The notes beneath the pieces were generated by a model. The model had not been told where the DNA came from. It did not search any database and saw nothing but the letters and a program-made list of their open reading frames with translations. The position numbers were made by a program, and so were the translations under genes. Positions 1 to 8,592 of a stretch of 64,000 nt of DNA are shown here, piece after piece (positions within the stretch are counted from its first letter, which is position 1; the number at the start of each line of letters is the position of its first letter). Location of the stretch: the IMG/VR virus record IMGVR_UViG_3300036832_001166, positions 1 through 64,000 of that record. One strand, written 5' to 3'. This DNA is from a virus.

Positions 1-144
1 GGCGGCTGGAGCTGGTCCGTGATCGACGACGGAGACTTTGAGCTGGCTCGTGGCTGGGCGCGGACCTGGGCCCGGGCTCAAAGCGAGGCGATTGACGCTC
101 GCGCCGATCTCATCGCTCACGCTCCGAGCTGGAGGTGATCCTCG

Positions 145-459
145 ATGGTTGACGAGCGCGAGAACTTGGATCTCACGCCGGTGCAGCGGTATCGAGCCAA
201 GCGGAAGATCATCCGGCCGTCGCTGAATGCGCCGGGCCTGCAGCTCACGCCGGTGCAGCTTGTCGTGCTGCGGCGAATCGTCGGCAGCGGCGCGTGGGGC
301 TGGCCGATCACGGGACCGCCGCCGTACCGGATCCATCCGAGCCGAGTCAAGGCGCTGCGTCGACGCGGCTGCATCGTTGTCGATGGTGGCATGGCGCGCG
401 CAACGCACTGGGGCCGGTACTACGTGGCGGAGCACGACAAAGCCGCGATCAGCGAATGA
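145..459 (+). CDS. Hypothetical protein, basic
   Basis: 104-aa ORF with phage-like GC3 codon bias; ATGA overlap with the next ORF. Confidence 0.55.
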   Translation: MVDERENLDLTPVQRYRAKRKIIRPSLNAPGLQLTPVQLVVLRRIVGSGAWGWPITGPPPYRIHPSRVKALRRRGCIVVDGGMARATHWGRYYVAEHDKAAISE

Positions 460-635
460 CCGACGCGGAGCGCGACGACGCGGAGTCGGTGGCACGCGCG
501 GTTGCGGACGGCAGATGCTGGTTGCCGTTCCGCTGCCCTGGTCGCGGCTATTGCACGATGTTCCATGAGGGCTCGTTCAAGGCGCCGTGCTGGGACGAGG
601 CGGACGCGCCCCGCGATATGGCCGAATCTGACTGA
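456..635 (+). CDS. Small Cys-containing hypothetical protein
   Basis: ATG at 456 overlaps the upstream TGA; MTDAERDD...CWLPFRCPGRGYCTMFH. Confidence 0.5.
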   Translation: MTDAERDDAESVARAVADGRCWLPFRCPGRGYCTMFHEGSFKAPCWDEADAPRDMAESD

Positions 636-668
636 GGCGGGGCGCCCGGGTCGGCTTACGATCCGGGC

Positions 669-1061
669 GTGCCCGGCTACTGGGAGCAGGTCGCAGTCCA
701 TGAGGCGCGCGGCGTTCCGCGGCCGGTCGCGATGCGCGCCGCCCGGATCATCCTGGAGCGCCGCGACCCGTCGCACATGGCGTGGGACGAGATCCTGCAT
801 CCCCGTAACCGCCGCGGCGAGTTCAGCGTCAGCGACGTCGCGCGCACGAAGCTCCCGGCGGGCCGGTTCCCGTCGATGACCGCGAAGCAGATCCACCGGA
901 TGCTGCGCAAGGCGGGGTTCCGGCATGTCGGCACCAAGGGCTCGCACGCGGTGTTCGAACCGCCCACCGGTGGACGTCGCGTGGTGGTGCCGATGCACAC
1001 CGGCTCGATCCCGCGCGGCACGCTGCGCAGCATCCTGACGACGGCCGGGGCGGCGATCTGA
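669..1061 (+). CDS. hicA: HicA-family mRNA interferase domain fused to an N-terminal extension carrying WDEILHPRNRRGEF
   Basis: C-terminal 61 aa (from Met at 876) read AKQIHRMLRKAGFRHVGTKGSHAVF...VVVPMHTGSIPRGTLRSIL, the HicA GSH/VPxH/GTLxSIL pattern. TACGAT -10 box lies 6 nt before the GTG. Confidence 0.75.
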   Translation: MPGYWEQVAVHEARGVPRPVAMRAARIILERRDPSHMAWDEILHPRNRRGEFSVSDVARTKLPAGRFPSMTAKQIHRMLRKAGFRHVGTKGSHAVFEPPTGGRRVVVPMHTGSIPRGTLRSILTTAGAAI

Positions 1062-1196
1062 GATGCGTCACGGGATCGCTCCGGTTTTGTCACATCCGCA
1101 TGCCAACGGGGTATGTGTGATGCGTTAGGAATTGAAGAGTAGGGCGCGTCGGGGATCGCTCAGCACATATCCTGTTCTAAGAGTGAGGTCTCCCTG

Positions 1197-1397
1197 ATGA
1201 GCTGGACTGAGATCGCGATCGAGGCGGCGGAGATGATCGCCCGGCAGCGCGGATGCGAGCTGGCGAGCTTCAGCGTCGACGACGTCGACTGCTACGAGGC
1301 CGAGGACGGCACCGAGGTCGTGATGGTCAAGGCGTCCTGCCAGGTCACGCGTTCTGACGACGAGATCCCCGGGTTCCGGCTAGCCGCGGCGGAGTAG
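1197..1397 (+). CDS. Small acidic hypothetical protein
   Basis: 66-aa ORF after GAGG; degenerate operator copy at 1161-1179. Confidence 0.55.
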   Translation: MSWTEIAIEAAEMIARQRGCELASFSVDDVDCYEAEDGTEVVMVKASCQVTRSDDEIPGFRLAAAE

Positions 1398-1407
1398 GCT
1401 GCTGGGC

Positions 1408-1593
1408 ATGCCGCCGGGCGTGTCGCTTGCGAAGCTGGGGCTGGTCGCGCCCGATGGCCTAGAGTGCCCGGCGGGTGGTCTGCATCACGTGCTGGAGCCC
1501 GAGGTCTTGATAGCGGCCGCGCAGGGTGGTGGCAGCCCCCTCTGCCAGAAGTGCAGGCAGCCGGTCGCGTTGGAGTCGGCGCGCGAGCTTTGA
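1408..1593 (+). CDS. Possible Zn-binding hypothetical protein
   Basis: CPAGGLHH and CQKCRQ motifs in a 61-aa ORF. Confidence 0.4.
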   Translation: MPPGVSLAKLGLVAPDGLECPAGGLHHVLEPEVLIAAAQGGGSPLCQKCRQPVALESAREL

Positions 1594-1735
1594 GGAGACG
1601 GGCTCGCGCGCCGACAAAACATGAAGGAGGCGCCCCGTGCGCGAGCTGCCACGCTCGCTTCCCTCCCCGGGCGTCTCGGGTGGTGTCGTCGGCGCACGGA
1701 GCCACGCCGAGGACGTGAACGATAGGCGAGCGGGT

Positions 1736-1796
1736 TGGTGCGAGCGGGCGCTCCGGGACTCGAACCCGGCAACCCGGCCACTGTTCACCCGCTCGC
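1736..1796 (-). ncRNA. tRNA-like RNA without an anticodon arm, ending in ACCA
   Basis: Minus strand: 11-bp stem GCGAGCGGGTG/CGCCCGCTCGC followed by ACCA, a D-loop-like AGTGG, and a canonical T-arm CCGGG-TTCGAGT-CCCGG; 61 nt. Confidence 0.55.
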
Positions 1797-1819
1797 TGGG
1801 TACCCGTGGCTCCGCGGTC

Positions 1820-1842
1820 ACGATAGCTCACGACGTTTCCTG
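1820..1842 (-). promoter_or_regulatory. Half-operator plus -10 box upstream of the tRNA-like RNA
   Basis: Minus strand reads ACGTCGTGAGCTATCGT, matching the right half of the repeated operator (GTCGTGTGCTA) with -10 TATCGT. Confidence 0.45.
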
Positions 1843-1980
1843 CGCAAAGAGCGCACGATCGGCTCACGTTCGCGCTGCTGGTGCGGGTATGGTGGCTGCG
1901 GTGATCGTTCACGCTGGCCAGCAGAAGCGCGGTAACGCCCGGGAAGCCGAGGAGCGCGACGTGGTGAACCGGGGGCCAGC

Positions 1981-2301
1981 GTGACGATCCGGATCGGGCA
2001 GGACGCGCATGGCCATCACAGCCACACGATGAAACGCGCGCGACTGCCGACGGTGCCGGTGCGCCGGACCGAGACGCGGCAGGGGATCAAACGCCTGCCG
2101 CGCGATCGCGTGGCGGGCGATCTGCCGCTCACCGAGGGTCAGCAGGCGGTGTATGCCGCGATGGGCGAGAGCGTGGTCTCAGCGACCGCGCTGGCGCGCG
2201 CGGAGGGCATGTCCGCGGCGGGTGTCAGCTCGATCATGTACCGGCTGGCGGACCGCGGCCTGGTCGAGCGCGTGCCGGGCAAGGGCTGGCGCCGGACGTG
2301 A
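1981..2301 (+). CDS. Winged helix-turn-helix DNA-binding protein
   Basis: LTEGQQAVY...SATALARAEGMSAAGVSSIMYRLADRGLVERVPGKGWR wHTH pattern; true start may be ATG 2029. Confidence 0.65.
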   Translation: MTIRIGQDAHGHHSHTMKRARLPTVPVRRTETRQGIKRLPRDRVAGDLPLTEGQQAVYAAMGESVVSATALARAEGMSAAGVSSIMYRLADRGLVERVPGKGWRRT

Positions 2302-2468
2302 TGGCGCTGCTCGGCGTGCTCGGCTTCGGCGCTGCCGGTGGCATGCTCGGCTGGATGGTGGCGCTGTTCACCGCGCCGATGGACGAGGGCGCGATCACGG
2401 CGATGGCGGCCGACATGGGCGTTGGCACGGCGATCGGCCTGGGCGTCGGCATCGTCGTGCTGTCGTGA
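2301..2468 (+). CDS. Small two-TM membrane protein (holin candidate)
   Basis: 55-aa ORF read by hand, two Gly-rich hydrophobic segments, coupled by overlaps at both ends; not in the ORF track. Confidence 0.55.
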   Translation: MALLGVLGFGAAGGMLGWMVALFTAPMDEGAITAMAADMGVGTAIGLGVGIVVLS

Positions 2469-3121
2469 TCGCCCCGGCGCTGATCTTCGACTCGGCGGAG
2501 AAGTGGCTTCCGGTGGCCGCCGAGACGATCATCCTGGCGGGCGCCAAGATCGGCGGCGAGCAGATCACGAGCCTTGACCAGCTCACCGGCGATGCGTCCC
2601 CGAGCGCGCGCATCGACTTCCCGAAGGACATGCGGCCGGTCAACGACGACCCGGTCGGCTACCACCGCGTCGTTGACGGCGGCAGCTTGTGGTGGCACCA
2701 GTTCTGGCTGCTGTACCTGTACAACCCGAAGGTGTACGCCGGGTTCGGCGCGCACGAGGGCGACTGGGAGATGGTGCAGCTCGGCTGCCGCGACCCGGAC
2801 GGCAACGTCCCGATCCTGATGACGTTCAGTCAGCACGGCGGCGGCGAGCGACGCGAGTTCTGGCGCACCGAGCTGTACCCGGAGGGCAGCCCCGTGGTGT
2901 ACGTCGCGCGTGACTCGCACGCGAACTACCCGGGCCCGCACCGGGATGTGACCGACGTCGCGGACGGCAGGATGGGCGTTGTGTCGATCCGGTGGCTGGA
3001 GTTCGGGGACTGGGCGGCCTGGCCCGGCCGGTGGGGCAACTCGGAGAACAGCCCGGGCCCGTTGATGACCCGCCGGGCATGGCAGGCGCCGCACGCTTAC
3101 CACTCGCAAGCACGAGGATGA
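2465..3121 (+). CDS. Vps62/NPP1-like HEGDWE-motif protein
   Basis: FWLLYLYN...HEGDWEMVQL...FSQHGGG...VYVARDSHANY...WPGRWG; GTG start at 2465 overlaps the upstream stop. Confidence 0.6.
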   Translation: MIAPALIFDSAEKWLPVAAETIILAGAKIGGEQITSLDQLTGDASPSARIDFPKDMRPVNDDPVGYHRVVDGGSLWWHQFWLLYLYNPKVYAGFGAHEGDWEMVQLGCRDPDGNVPILMTFSQHGGGERREFWRTELYPEGSPVVYVARDSHANYPGPHRDVTDVADGRMGVVSIRWLEFGDWAAWPGRWGNSENSPGPLMTRRAWQAPHAYHSQARG

Positions 3122-3134
3122 CCGAGGAGGACTG

Positions 3135-3767
3135 ATGGAGCTGAACATGATCGAGATCCCCGAGGAGCAGGCCCGCAGCGCGTACGAGGAGTACGCGGCC
3201 GCGGTCAAGGTCAACCGAGACGAGGAGGATCGCGCCATCGCGGAGGGCTACAAGGCGCTGGCCGAGGGCAAGCACCTCATTCACCTGGGGCAGACGCTCG
3301 CGATCGGCGGCACCAGCATCGTGGAGGTCCGCTCGCGCTGGGACGGCCGCACCGTCAACGTCACCGTCCCGAACCTGGCGTGCATCCGCGCCGACGCCAA
3401 GATCGCCTACACGCAGGGCGTCGACCGCGACGGCGGCTGCGTCATCACCGCCGACCGCCGCGACAACCAACTGCACACCCACAACCGCAAGGACCGGTTC
3501 GTCATCGCCGACGGCACGTTCGAGCGGCCGGAGGATTCGCGGGCAGCGCCGGTCCGCGCCATCGTGCCCAACATTCCGCCGCGGCTGCGGCCCAAACGCG
3601 GCCTGCAGCTCTACACGCTGCTGTGGGAGGCGGAGTGGGCGGTCGACCCGGACGCGCCGCAGGATCCGGCGTTACTGCGCCGCCTTGGCGGGGAGCTGTA
3701 CATCGTGCTCGGCACGTGGGACCTGAGTGAGCTGGAGCGCACGGTCCTGTCGGGTCGAGCAAGCTGA
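3135..3767 (+). CDS. Hypothetical protein
   Basis: 210 aa, strong RBS GACCGAGGAGG, good codon bias. Confidence 0.7.
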   Translation: MELNMIEIPEEQARSAYEEYAAAVKVNRDEEDRAIAEGYKALAEGKHLIHLGQTLAIGGTSIVEVRSRWDGRTVNVTVPNLACIRADAKIAYTQGVDRDGGCVITADRRDNQLHTHNRKDRFVIADGTFERPEDSRAAPVRAIVPNIPPRLRPKRGLQLYTLLWEAEWAVDPDAPQDPALLRRLGGELYIVLGTWDLSELERTVLSGRAS

Positions 3768-3793
3768 CGTTCAACCACCACCAAGGAGGACTG

Positions 3794-3952
3794 ATGGAAA
3801 CGACCGAGACCCCCGGGCAGCCAGAGCCGGAGACGCCGGATGTGACGCCGGAGAGCGACCCGAACGTGGACACGCCGACGCCGGAGTCTGACCCGAACGT
3901 CGACACGGAGACCGGCGGCGACGAGGACGACGAGGGTGCCGCCAAGTCGTGA
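3794..3952 (+). CDS. Small acidic protein with a PESDPNVDT duplication
   Basis: 52 aa read by hand; RBS AAGGAGG; stop overlaps the lysin GTG. Confidence 0.55.
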   Translation: METTETPGQPEPETPDVTPESDPNVDTPTPESDPNVDTETGGDEDDEGAAKS

Positions 3953-4761
3953 GCATCACCTTCGCGGACATAAGCGAGCACCAGGAGGCGTTTGACCCGG
4001 TCGCCTACCGGCGGGCGGGCAACGAGGTGATCATCGTCCGTGTCCACAACGGCTACCGGCCCGACAAGTTCATGCCGGGCCGGGTCGCCGCTGTGCGCGC
4101 GGTCCCGTTCCTCGCCATCGGCTACTACCTGTACCTCGCCGCCAGCCGTGACGCCGCCGGGCAGGCCCGTGAGGCGTGCGACACGGTCGGTCGCGTGCGT
4201 GACAACGAGTTCCTCATCTGCGATCACGAGGAGGGGACGGGCAGCCAGGTCGCGCGCTGCGAGGCGGCGCTCGGCGTCATGGACCGCCACCAGGGCTTCC
4301 CCGCCACCCTGTACGCGTCGACGTCGTTCTTTGACGAGCATCTCGGTGGCCGGGCGCGGTGGCGGCGGCCGCGGTGGATGGCGAGCTACCTGTACTCCTA
4401 CAGCGCCGACATGAGCCAGTACCCGGCCGGGGCGACGTTCTGGCAGTACTCCGACCGCGGGCATTTCGCGGGTCTGCCCGGGCCGGTGGACGCCAGCATC
4501 TTCCCCGGCGCCGCGCGCGAGTTCCTGCCCGCGGTGCGATCTGGCGCCCCGCTCGCGCCGACACCTCTACCGAAGGGAGCGACGATGGCTGACCTGGTGG
4601 CTGTGCTGAAGGCCAACAAGGCGATCGAGCTGTTTGTGATGGACAAGGACGGGACGGTCTGGCATACGTGGCAGACCGGGGAGGGCTCAGGCTGGGCGGG
4701 CGCGCAGGCAGGCAAGCGCAACGCGGCCTGGTACAGCCTGGGCGCGCCCGGGAAGAAGTGA
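3949..4761 (+). CDS. Endolysin, GH25 (Chalaropsis-type) muramidase-like
   Basis: N-terminal DISEHQ, ICDHEE (DxE), W.ASY, FWQYSD...VD.SIF pattern; short C-terminal domain. Confidence 0.75.
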   Translation: MSITFADISEHQEAFDPVAYRRAGNEVIIVRVHNGYRPDKFMPGRVAAVRAVPFLAIGYYLYLAASRDAAGQAREACDTVGRVRDNEFLICDHEEGTGSQVARCEAALGVMDRHQGFPATLYASTSFFDEHLGGRARWRRPRWMASYLYSYSADMSQYPAGATFWQYSDRGHFAGLPGPVDASIFPGAAREFLPAVRSGAPLAPTPLPKGATMADLVAVLKANKAIELFVMDKDGTVWHTWQTGEGSGWAGAQAGKRNAAWYSLGAPGKK

Positions 4762-5099
4762 CGCACGCGATTATCCGGTTCGCGACGCCGCCGCTGGCGT
4801 TGAAGGACTGGGAGGCGTTCTGCGGTGAGCATGAGCTGAAGCGTTCCAGCGTGCTGGCGGGCGGGAACGTGTGGGTGCGTGGCGGCCGGACGGGGATCGA
4901 GGCGGCGTTCGGGCAGCCGACGCGCGGGGTGCGTGACCCGCCGCCGCCGGACGACGCGACCGATGTCGTGTTCGTGACGCCGTTCGGCGGCTCAAAGGCG
5001 CAGGAGCTGGCGAAGCTCGCGGGCGCGTTCTGGCTGCGGTTCGGCGGGGCGATGCAGGCGGAGGAGACGGTCCGCGGGATGATCGTTGGCGATGGCTGA
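4758..5099 (+). CDS. Hypothetical protein
   Basis: GTGA overlap with the lysin stop; 113 aa. Confidence 0.6.
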   Translation: MTHAIIRFATPPLALKDWEAFCGEHELKRSSVLAGGNVWVRGGRTGIEAAFGQPTRGVRDPPPPDDATDVVFVTPFGGSKAQELAKLAGAFWLRFGGAMQAEETVRGMIVGDG

Positions 5100-5298
5100 C
5101 CGCGGACGGAGGATCGGGCAGGAGGACGTCGACCGGCTGCGCGACTGGCTGGAGCGGCAGCACGCGCCGGGCGCGGACCGGTCTGACGAGGAGCTGCGCG
5201 AGATCCTGGTGGGCGCCGAGGAGTGGATTCACGGGCGCCGCTGGTCGTTCACGATCGTCGCGGCGAACTACCTGCGGGACGGCGTCTATCACGCGTAG
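5092..5298 (+). CDS. Hypothetical protein
   Basis: Overlaps the upstream gene; good codon bias. Confidence 0.55.
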   Translation: MADRGRRIGQEDVDRLRDWLERQHAPGADRSDEELREILVGAEEWIHGRRWSFTIVAANYLRDGVYHA

Positions 5299-5319
5299 GG
5301 CGTACGCTCCCGTTCGGCG

Positions 5320-5646
5320 ATGAGCGACGACGAGATGCTCGACTACCTCAGGACGCTCCGCGAGAAGTACCTGAAGTTCTGGCCCCTCACCGAACTACTG
5401 GAGAAGATGATGGCGGACATCGCGCAGATTCAGGCTGACGTCGCGGCGCTCAAGGATGCCGAGGCGGCCGCGGCGGATGAGCTGGAGAAGCTCGCGAACC
5501 TGCTGGGTTCGCTGCAGGCCGGGCAGGTCACGCAGGCGCAGCTTGACGAGCTGCACGACAATCTGCAGTCGGTGACGACGCAGTTGGTGGCCGCGACGCA
5601 GTCGGCGCAGGCGGCCGAGCCGCCGCACCCCGAGCAGACCGCCTGA
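5320..5646 (+). CDS. Coiled-coil hypothetical protein
   Basis: Heptad-rich IAQIQADVAALKDAE...LEKLANLL...LDELHDNL. Confidence 0.6.
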   Translation: MSDDEMLDYLRTLREKYLKFWPLTELLEKMMADIAQIQADVAALKDAEAAAADELEKLANLLGSLQAGQVTQAQLDELHDNLQSVTTQLVAATQSAQAAEPPHPEQTA

Positions 5647-5862
5647 CCGACGTCCGAGTATCCGGCGTACACGCTTGACGTTGCGCACGTGCCGGGCGCT
5701 GTCTACCCGTGGCGGGTGACGCTGCTGCGTCAGGAGCGCAAGTACGTCAGGCGCGAGGCGCTGGCGTGGAGTCAGGGCAAGACGCTGCCGGTCGCGCTGA
5801 AGGGCGTCGCGGGCCGGATTGAGGCGAATCGCACGACGCCGCCTTACGCGGAGCTGCTCTGA

Positions 5863-5913
5863 GGACGGGGGCGGGTCGGCTGCTGCGCCCCGAGCCGACC
5901 CGCCGCCCCTGTC
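5863..5913. terminator. Long GC hairpin, probable terminator
   Basis: GGCGGGTCGGCT...AGCCGACCCGCC inverted repeat. Confidence 0.5.
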
Positions 5914-6091
5914 GCACTCATTATCGGCATGTTGCCGGGGAGGGTTGAGCCCCCGGACGCGTCGATGTCAGCGGCCTGACAGAACCGGCCCTCTGGCGGC
6001 GGCTCGCATCGTGCGCCTTGTCGTTACCAGCCGCGGGATCCGGGTAGAGCACAAGCCACGTGCTAAGTGAACGACCCGAATCGGAGGTTGT

Positions 6092-7582
6092 ATGAGTGCT
6101 GTCAAGGATGCTGCAGGCAAGGCGAAGGACGCGGCGGGTGATGCCGCTGACGGGGCGAAGGGCGCGACCGATGGCGTGACCGGCGGGCTGCGCAAAGAGA
6201 TCCTGTCGAGCTTCGGCGACGTGCTCGGCCCGGCGATCAAGGAGATGTCCTCGCAATCGGCCGAGAAGCTCCTGGCCTACGCCAAGGAGCAGGGTCCGGC
6301 GATCTTCAAGGAGCAGGCGCTCCCGAAGATCATGAAGTCGGCCGGGGTCGATAACCCCGAAGATCTCGCCAAGGCCGGGGTCGGCAAGGTGGGCCAGATG
6401 ATGTCCAGCGGCGGCGGGATCACCGGCATGGCCGGGAAGCTGATGTCGAAGATCGGCGGCAAGGGCGGGAAGAAGGGCGTCGCGACCGGCTACGGCCAGG
6501 GCCGCCGGATCATGCTGCAGCAGCACCAGTACATCCCGGTCAAGACCGAGGACGTGTACCGCGCGTGGACGACGAGCGAGTGGCCGGAGTACATGCACCG
6601 CGTCAACACGCTGGACCGCCAGGTCGAGGAGGACGCGGTCCGCTACGCGATCGGCGTCAAGGGCTTCTGGTTCAAGAAGAACTTCACCGCGCAGATCCAG
6701 GAGGCGGTGCCGTTCCGGTTCATCGTGTGGTCGACGACGCAGGGCAACATCAAGAACACCGGCCGGGTCAGCTTCCACGCCGCGGGCGACGACCTGACGC
6801 TGATGGTCCTCAACCTCGACATGGCCCCGTCCGGGCTGCGCGAGAAGTGGGTGCGGGGCTTCCGCTACCACAAGCGCGGTGTGCGCTCTGACTTTCACCG
6901 CTTCTCCGCGTGGGTACAGATGCGGACCCAGGAGCAGCTCGATGACATGGACGGCTGGCTCGGCACGATCGAGGGCGGCAAGGTCGTCCAGACGCACGAG
7001 GACTACCTGGAGGAGCATCCGCGTGATGAGGAGGAGGGCCCGCCGTCATTGGAGGAAGAACGTGAGGGTGAGCGCGACGAGGAGGAGCAGGATGCTGAGC
7101 CCGATGAGGGCGATGAGCCCGCCGAGGGCGACGAGGACGAAGACGGCGAGCCCGAGGCCGACGACGAGGCCGACGAGCCCGAGCCCGAGGCCGAATCGGT
7201 TGATGACGAGGCGGACGCCGATGCCGACGCCGAGGGCGACGAGGAGCCCGATGACGAGGCTGATGTAGGGGACGAGGACGCGGGAGATGAAGACGAGGAT
7301 GAAGACGAGGATGAAGAAGACGAGGCCGAGGAGCCCGAAGACGAGGTAGATGAGGAGGAGGAGGAGCCGGAGGACGAGGAAGAGGGCGACGACTACGACG
7401 AGATGGGCGTCCCGGAGCTGCGCCGCGAGCTGCGCTCCCGCGACCTGCCGTCCCGCGGCCGCCGCTCCGAACTTGTCGACCGGCTACGCGAGGACGACGC
7501 CGCTGACGATGAGGAGGAGGAGGAGCCGGAGCCTGAGCCCGAGCGGCCACGTCGCCGCCGCCGGGCGAAGGCTTCGCGCTAG
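6092..7582 (+). CDS. SRPBCC (polyketide cyclase/START-like) protein with a long Asp/Glu tract and a SAP/Rho-N-like C-terminal domain
   Basis: YIPVKTEDVYRAWT..EWPEYM.RV...IVW..TQG...GRVSFH...L.M.P.G SRPBCC pattern; ~120 mostly D/E residues; YDEMGVPELRRELRSRDLPSRGRRSELVDRL; poly-Arg C-terminus. Confidence 0.7.
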   Translation: MSAVKDAAGKAKDAAGDAADGAKGATDGVTGGLRKEILSSFGDVLGPAIKEMSSQSAEKLLAYAKEQGPAIFKEQALPKIMKSAGVDNPEDLAKAGVGKVGQMMSSGGGITGMAGKLMSKIGGKGGKKGVATGYGQGRRIMLQQHQYIPVKTEDVYRAWTTSEWPEYMHRVNTLDRQVEEDAVRYAIGVKGFWFKKNFTAQIQEAVPFRFIVWSTTQGNIKNTGRVSFHAAGDDLTLMVLNLDMAPSGLREKWVRGFRYHKRGVRSDFHRFSAWVQMRTQEQLDDMDGWLGTIEGGKVVQTHEDYLEEHPRDEEEGPPSLEEEREGERDEEEQDAEPDEGDEPAEGDEDEDGEPEADDEADEPEPEAESVDDEADADADAEGDEEPDDEADVGDEDAGDEDEDEDEDEEDEAEEPEDEVDEEEEEPEDEEEGDDYDEMGVPELRRELRSRDLPSRGRRSELVDRLREDDAADDEEEEEPEPEPERPRRRRRAKASR

Positions 7583-7863
7583 ACGCCAATGGGCTGGTAG
7601 CGGTCGGTCGGCATCCGGCCGCGCCAGCCCGGCGCCCCCTCTCCGAGCGCCACCTGATGGCGCATCCGGTCGCGGGGCGAGCCGTTGGTGCCGTACACCA
7701 TCGGCGGGGCGCATTCGATCACCCGGAGCCGCTGCGGGGCGAAGCGGATGGGCCGCAGCGGCGCGGGCTCGTAGTGGTTGGCGGTGAGCCGCATGAGGAT
7801 CGGCTCGATCTGACGCTGGAGACGCCCGGCGTGGTTGGTGGGGGTGAGGCGGTAGTAGTCCAT
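7579..7863 (-). CDS. Possible hypothetical protein
   Basis: AGAGG RBS before the ATG; fills an otherwise empty gap. Confidence 0.35.
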   Translation of the reverse strand: MDYYRLTPTNHAGRLQRQIEPILMRLTANHYEPAPLRPIRFAPQRLRVIECAPPMVYGTNGSPRDRMRHQVALGEGAPGWRGRMPTDRYQPIGV

Positions 7864-7968
7864 ACCTCTCTAGAAGGTGGGCATAGGGCCGAATGTGTAA
7901 AGCCAAGATGTGTGCAAATAGCGGGATCGGCGTAAGCACACGTCTGGAGCTGCTGCTAGGGTCGGCGC

Positions 7969-8358
7969 ATGAGCAGAATCATCCTGGCCCGTTGGCCGAC
8001 CGGGCAAGAACGCGTTGTCGTCGGCTGGGACCATCCGTGCGGCGGCGCGTTTTGGCAGGAGTTCACCGAGGAGCCCGCCGACGGCAACTACCCGGACGAC
8101 TTTGAGGAGATGCTCCGCGAGGGCGGCTTCTTCAAGGGGATCCCGCTGGCGGAGTTCCGCGAGAGCATGCCCGAGGACTTGCGGCCGCTGATCACCGATG
8201 ACGTCATGGCGCTACTGGCCCGGCACGAGCGCGATCCCAACTCGGGCTACAACCAGGCGGCGACCGACCTGTCCGCCGAGGGGCAGGCATGGAAGGCCGA
8301 GCAGGAGGCGACGATGGAGGAGCGTCTCCATCACGCGCCAGACTTCGATCCCGAATGA
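7969..8358 (+). CDS. Hypothetical protein
   Basis: 129 aa; TAGGGT -10 box 6 nt before the ATG (leaderless candidate). Confidence 0.65.
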   Translation: MSRIILARWPTGQERVVVGWDHPCGGAFWQEFTEEPADGNYPDDFEEMLREGGFFKGIPLAEFRESMPEDLRPLITDDVMALLARHERDPNSGYNQAATDLSAEGQAWKAEQEATMEERLHHAPDFDPE

Positions 8359-8592
8359 ATGAGCGTCGAGCCTCAAGAATGCGGCCACAAGCTGTGCCAC
8401 GAGCCCGCGACCGACGCGGTCACCGTGTTCAACCCGTGGGTGAAGTGCGTGTTCACGCCTGACGTCGACGAGAACCGGCGCGAGTACGCGCTGTGCCCAG
8501 CTCACTTTGAGCGCTACTTCCCGCAGGGTGTCGGCTACATGCGGCGCGAGCACGCGGTTGCGCTGCACGTCCAGTGCAGGGTGGCGGCCTGA
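8359..8592 (+). CDS. Small Cys/His-rich hypothetical protein
   Basis: CGHKLC and LCPAH motifs. Confidence 0.55.
   Translation: MSVEPQECGHKLCHEPATDAVTVFNPWVKCVFTPDVDENRREYALCPAHFERYFPQGVGYMRREHAVALHVQCRVAA

Noticed and set aside
1197-1397. Possible HicB antitoxin next to hicA
   Set aside because: Only a vague EDG...IPG resemblance; it lacks the T.G.T.EEA...A.EA pattern, is 135 nt away and has its own promoter-like site.
1736-1796. attP/attL relic of a host tRNA
   Set aside because: Not supported: the 5' strand pairs over 11 bp with the 3' strand, there is a dedicated promoter, and no integrase is in the window. It cannot be fully excluded without the host sequence.
7020-7530. GAG/GAC-rich tract as a non-coding tandem repeat
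   Set aside because: It is fully explained by the in-frame Asp/Glu coding tract.
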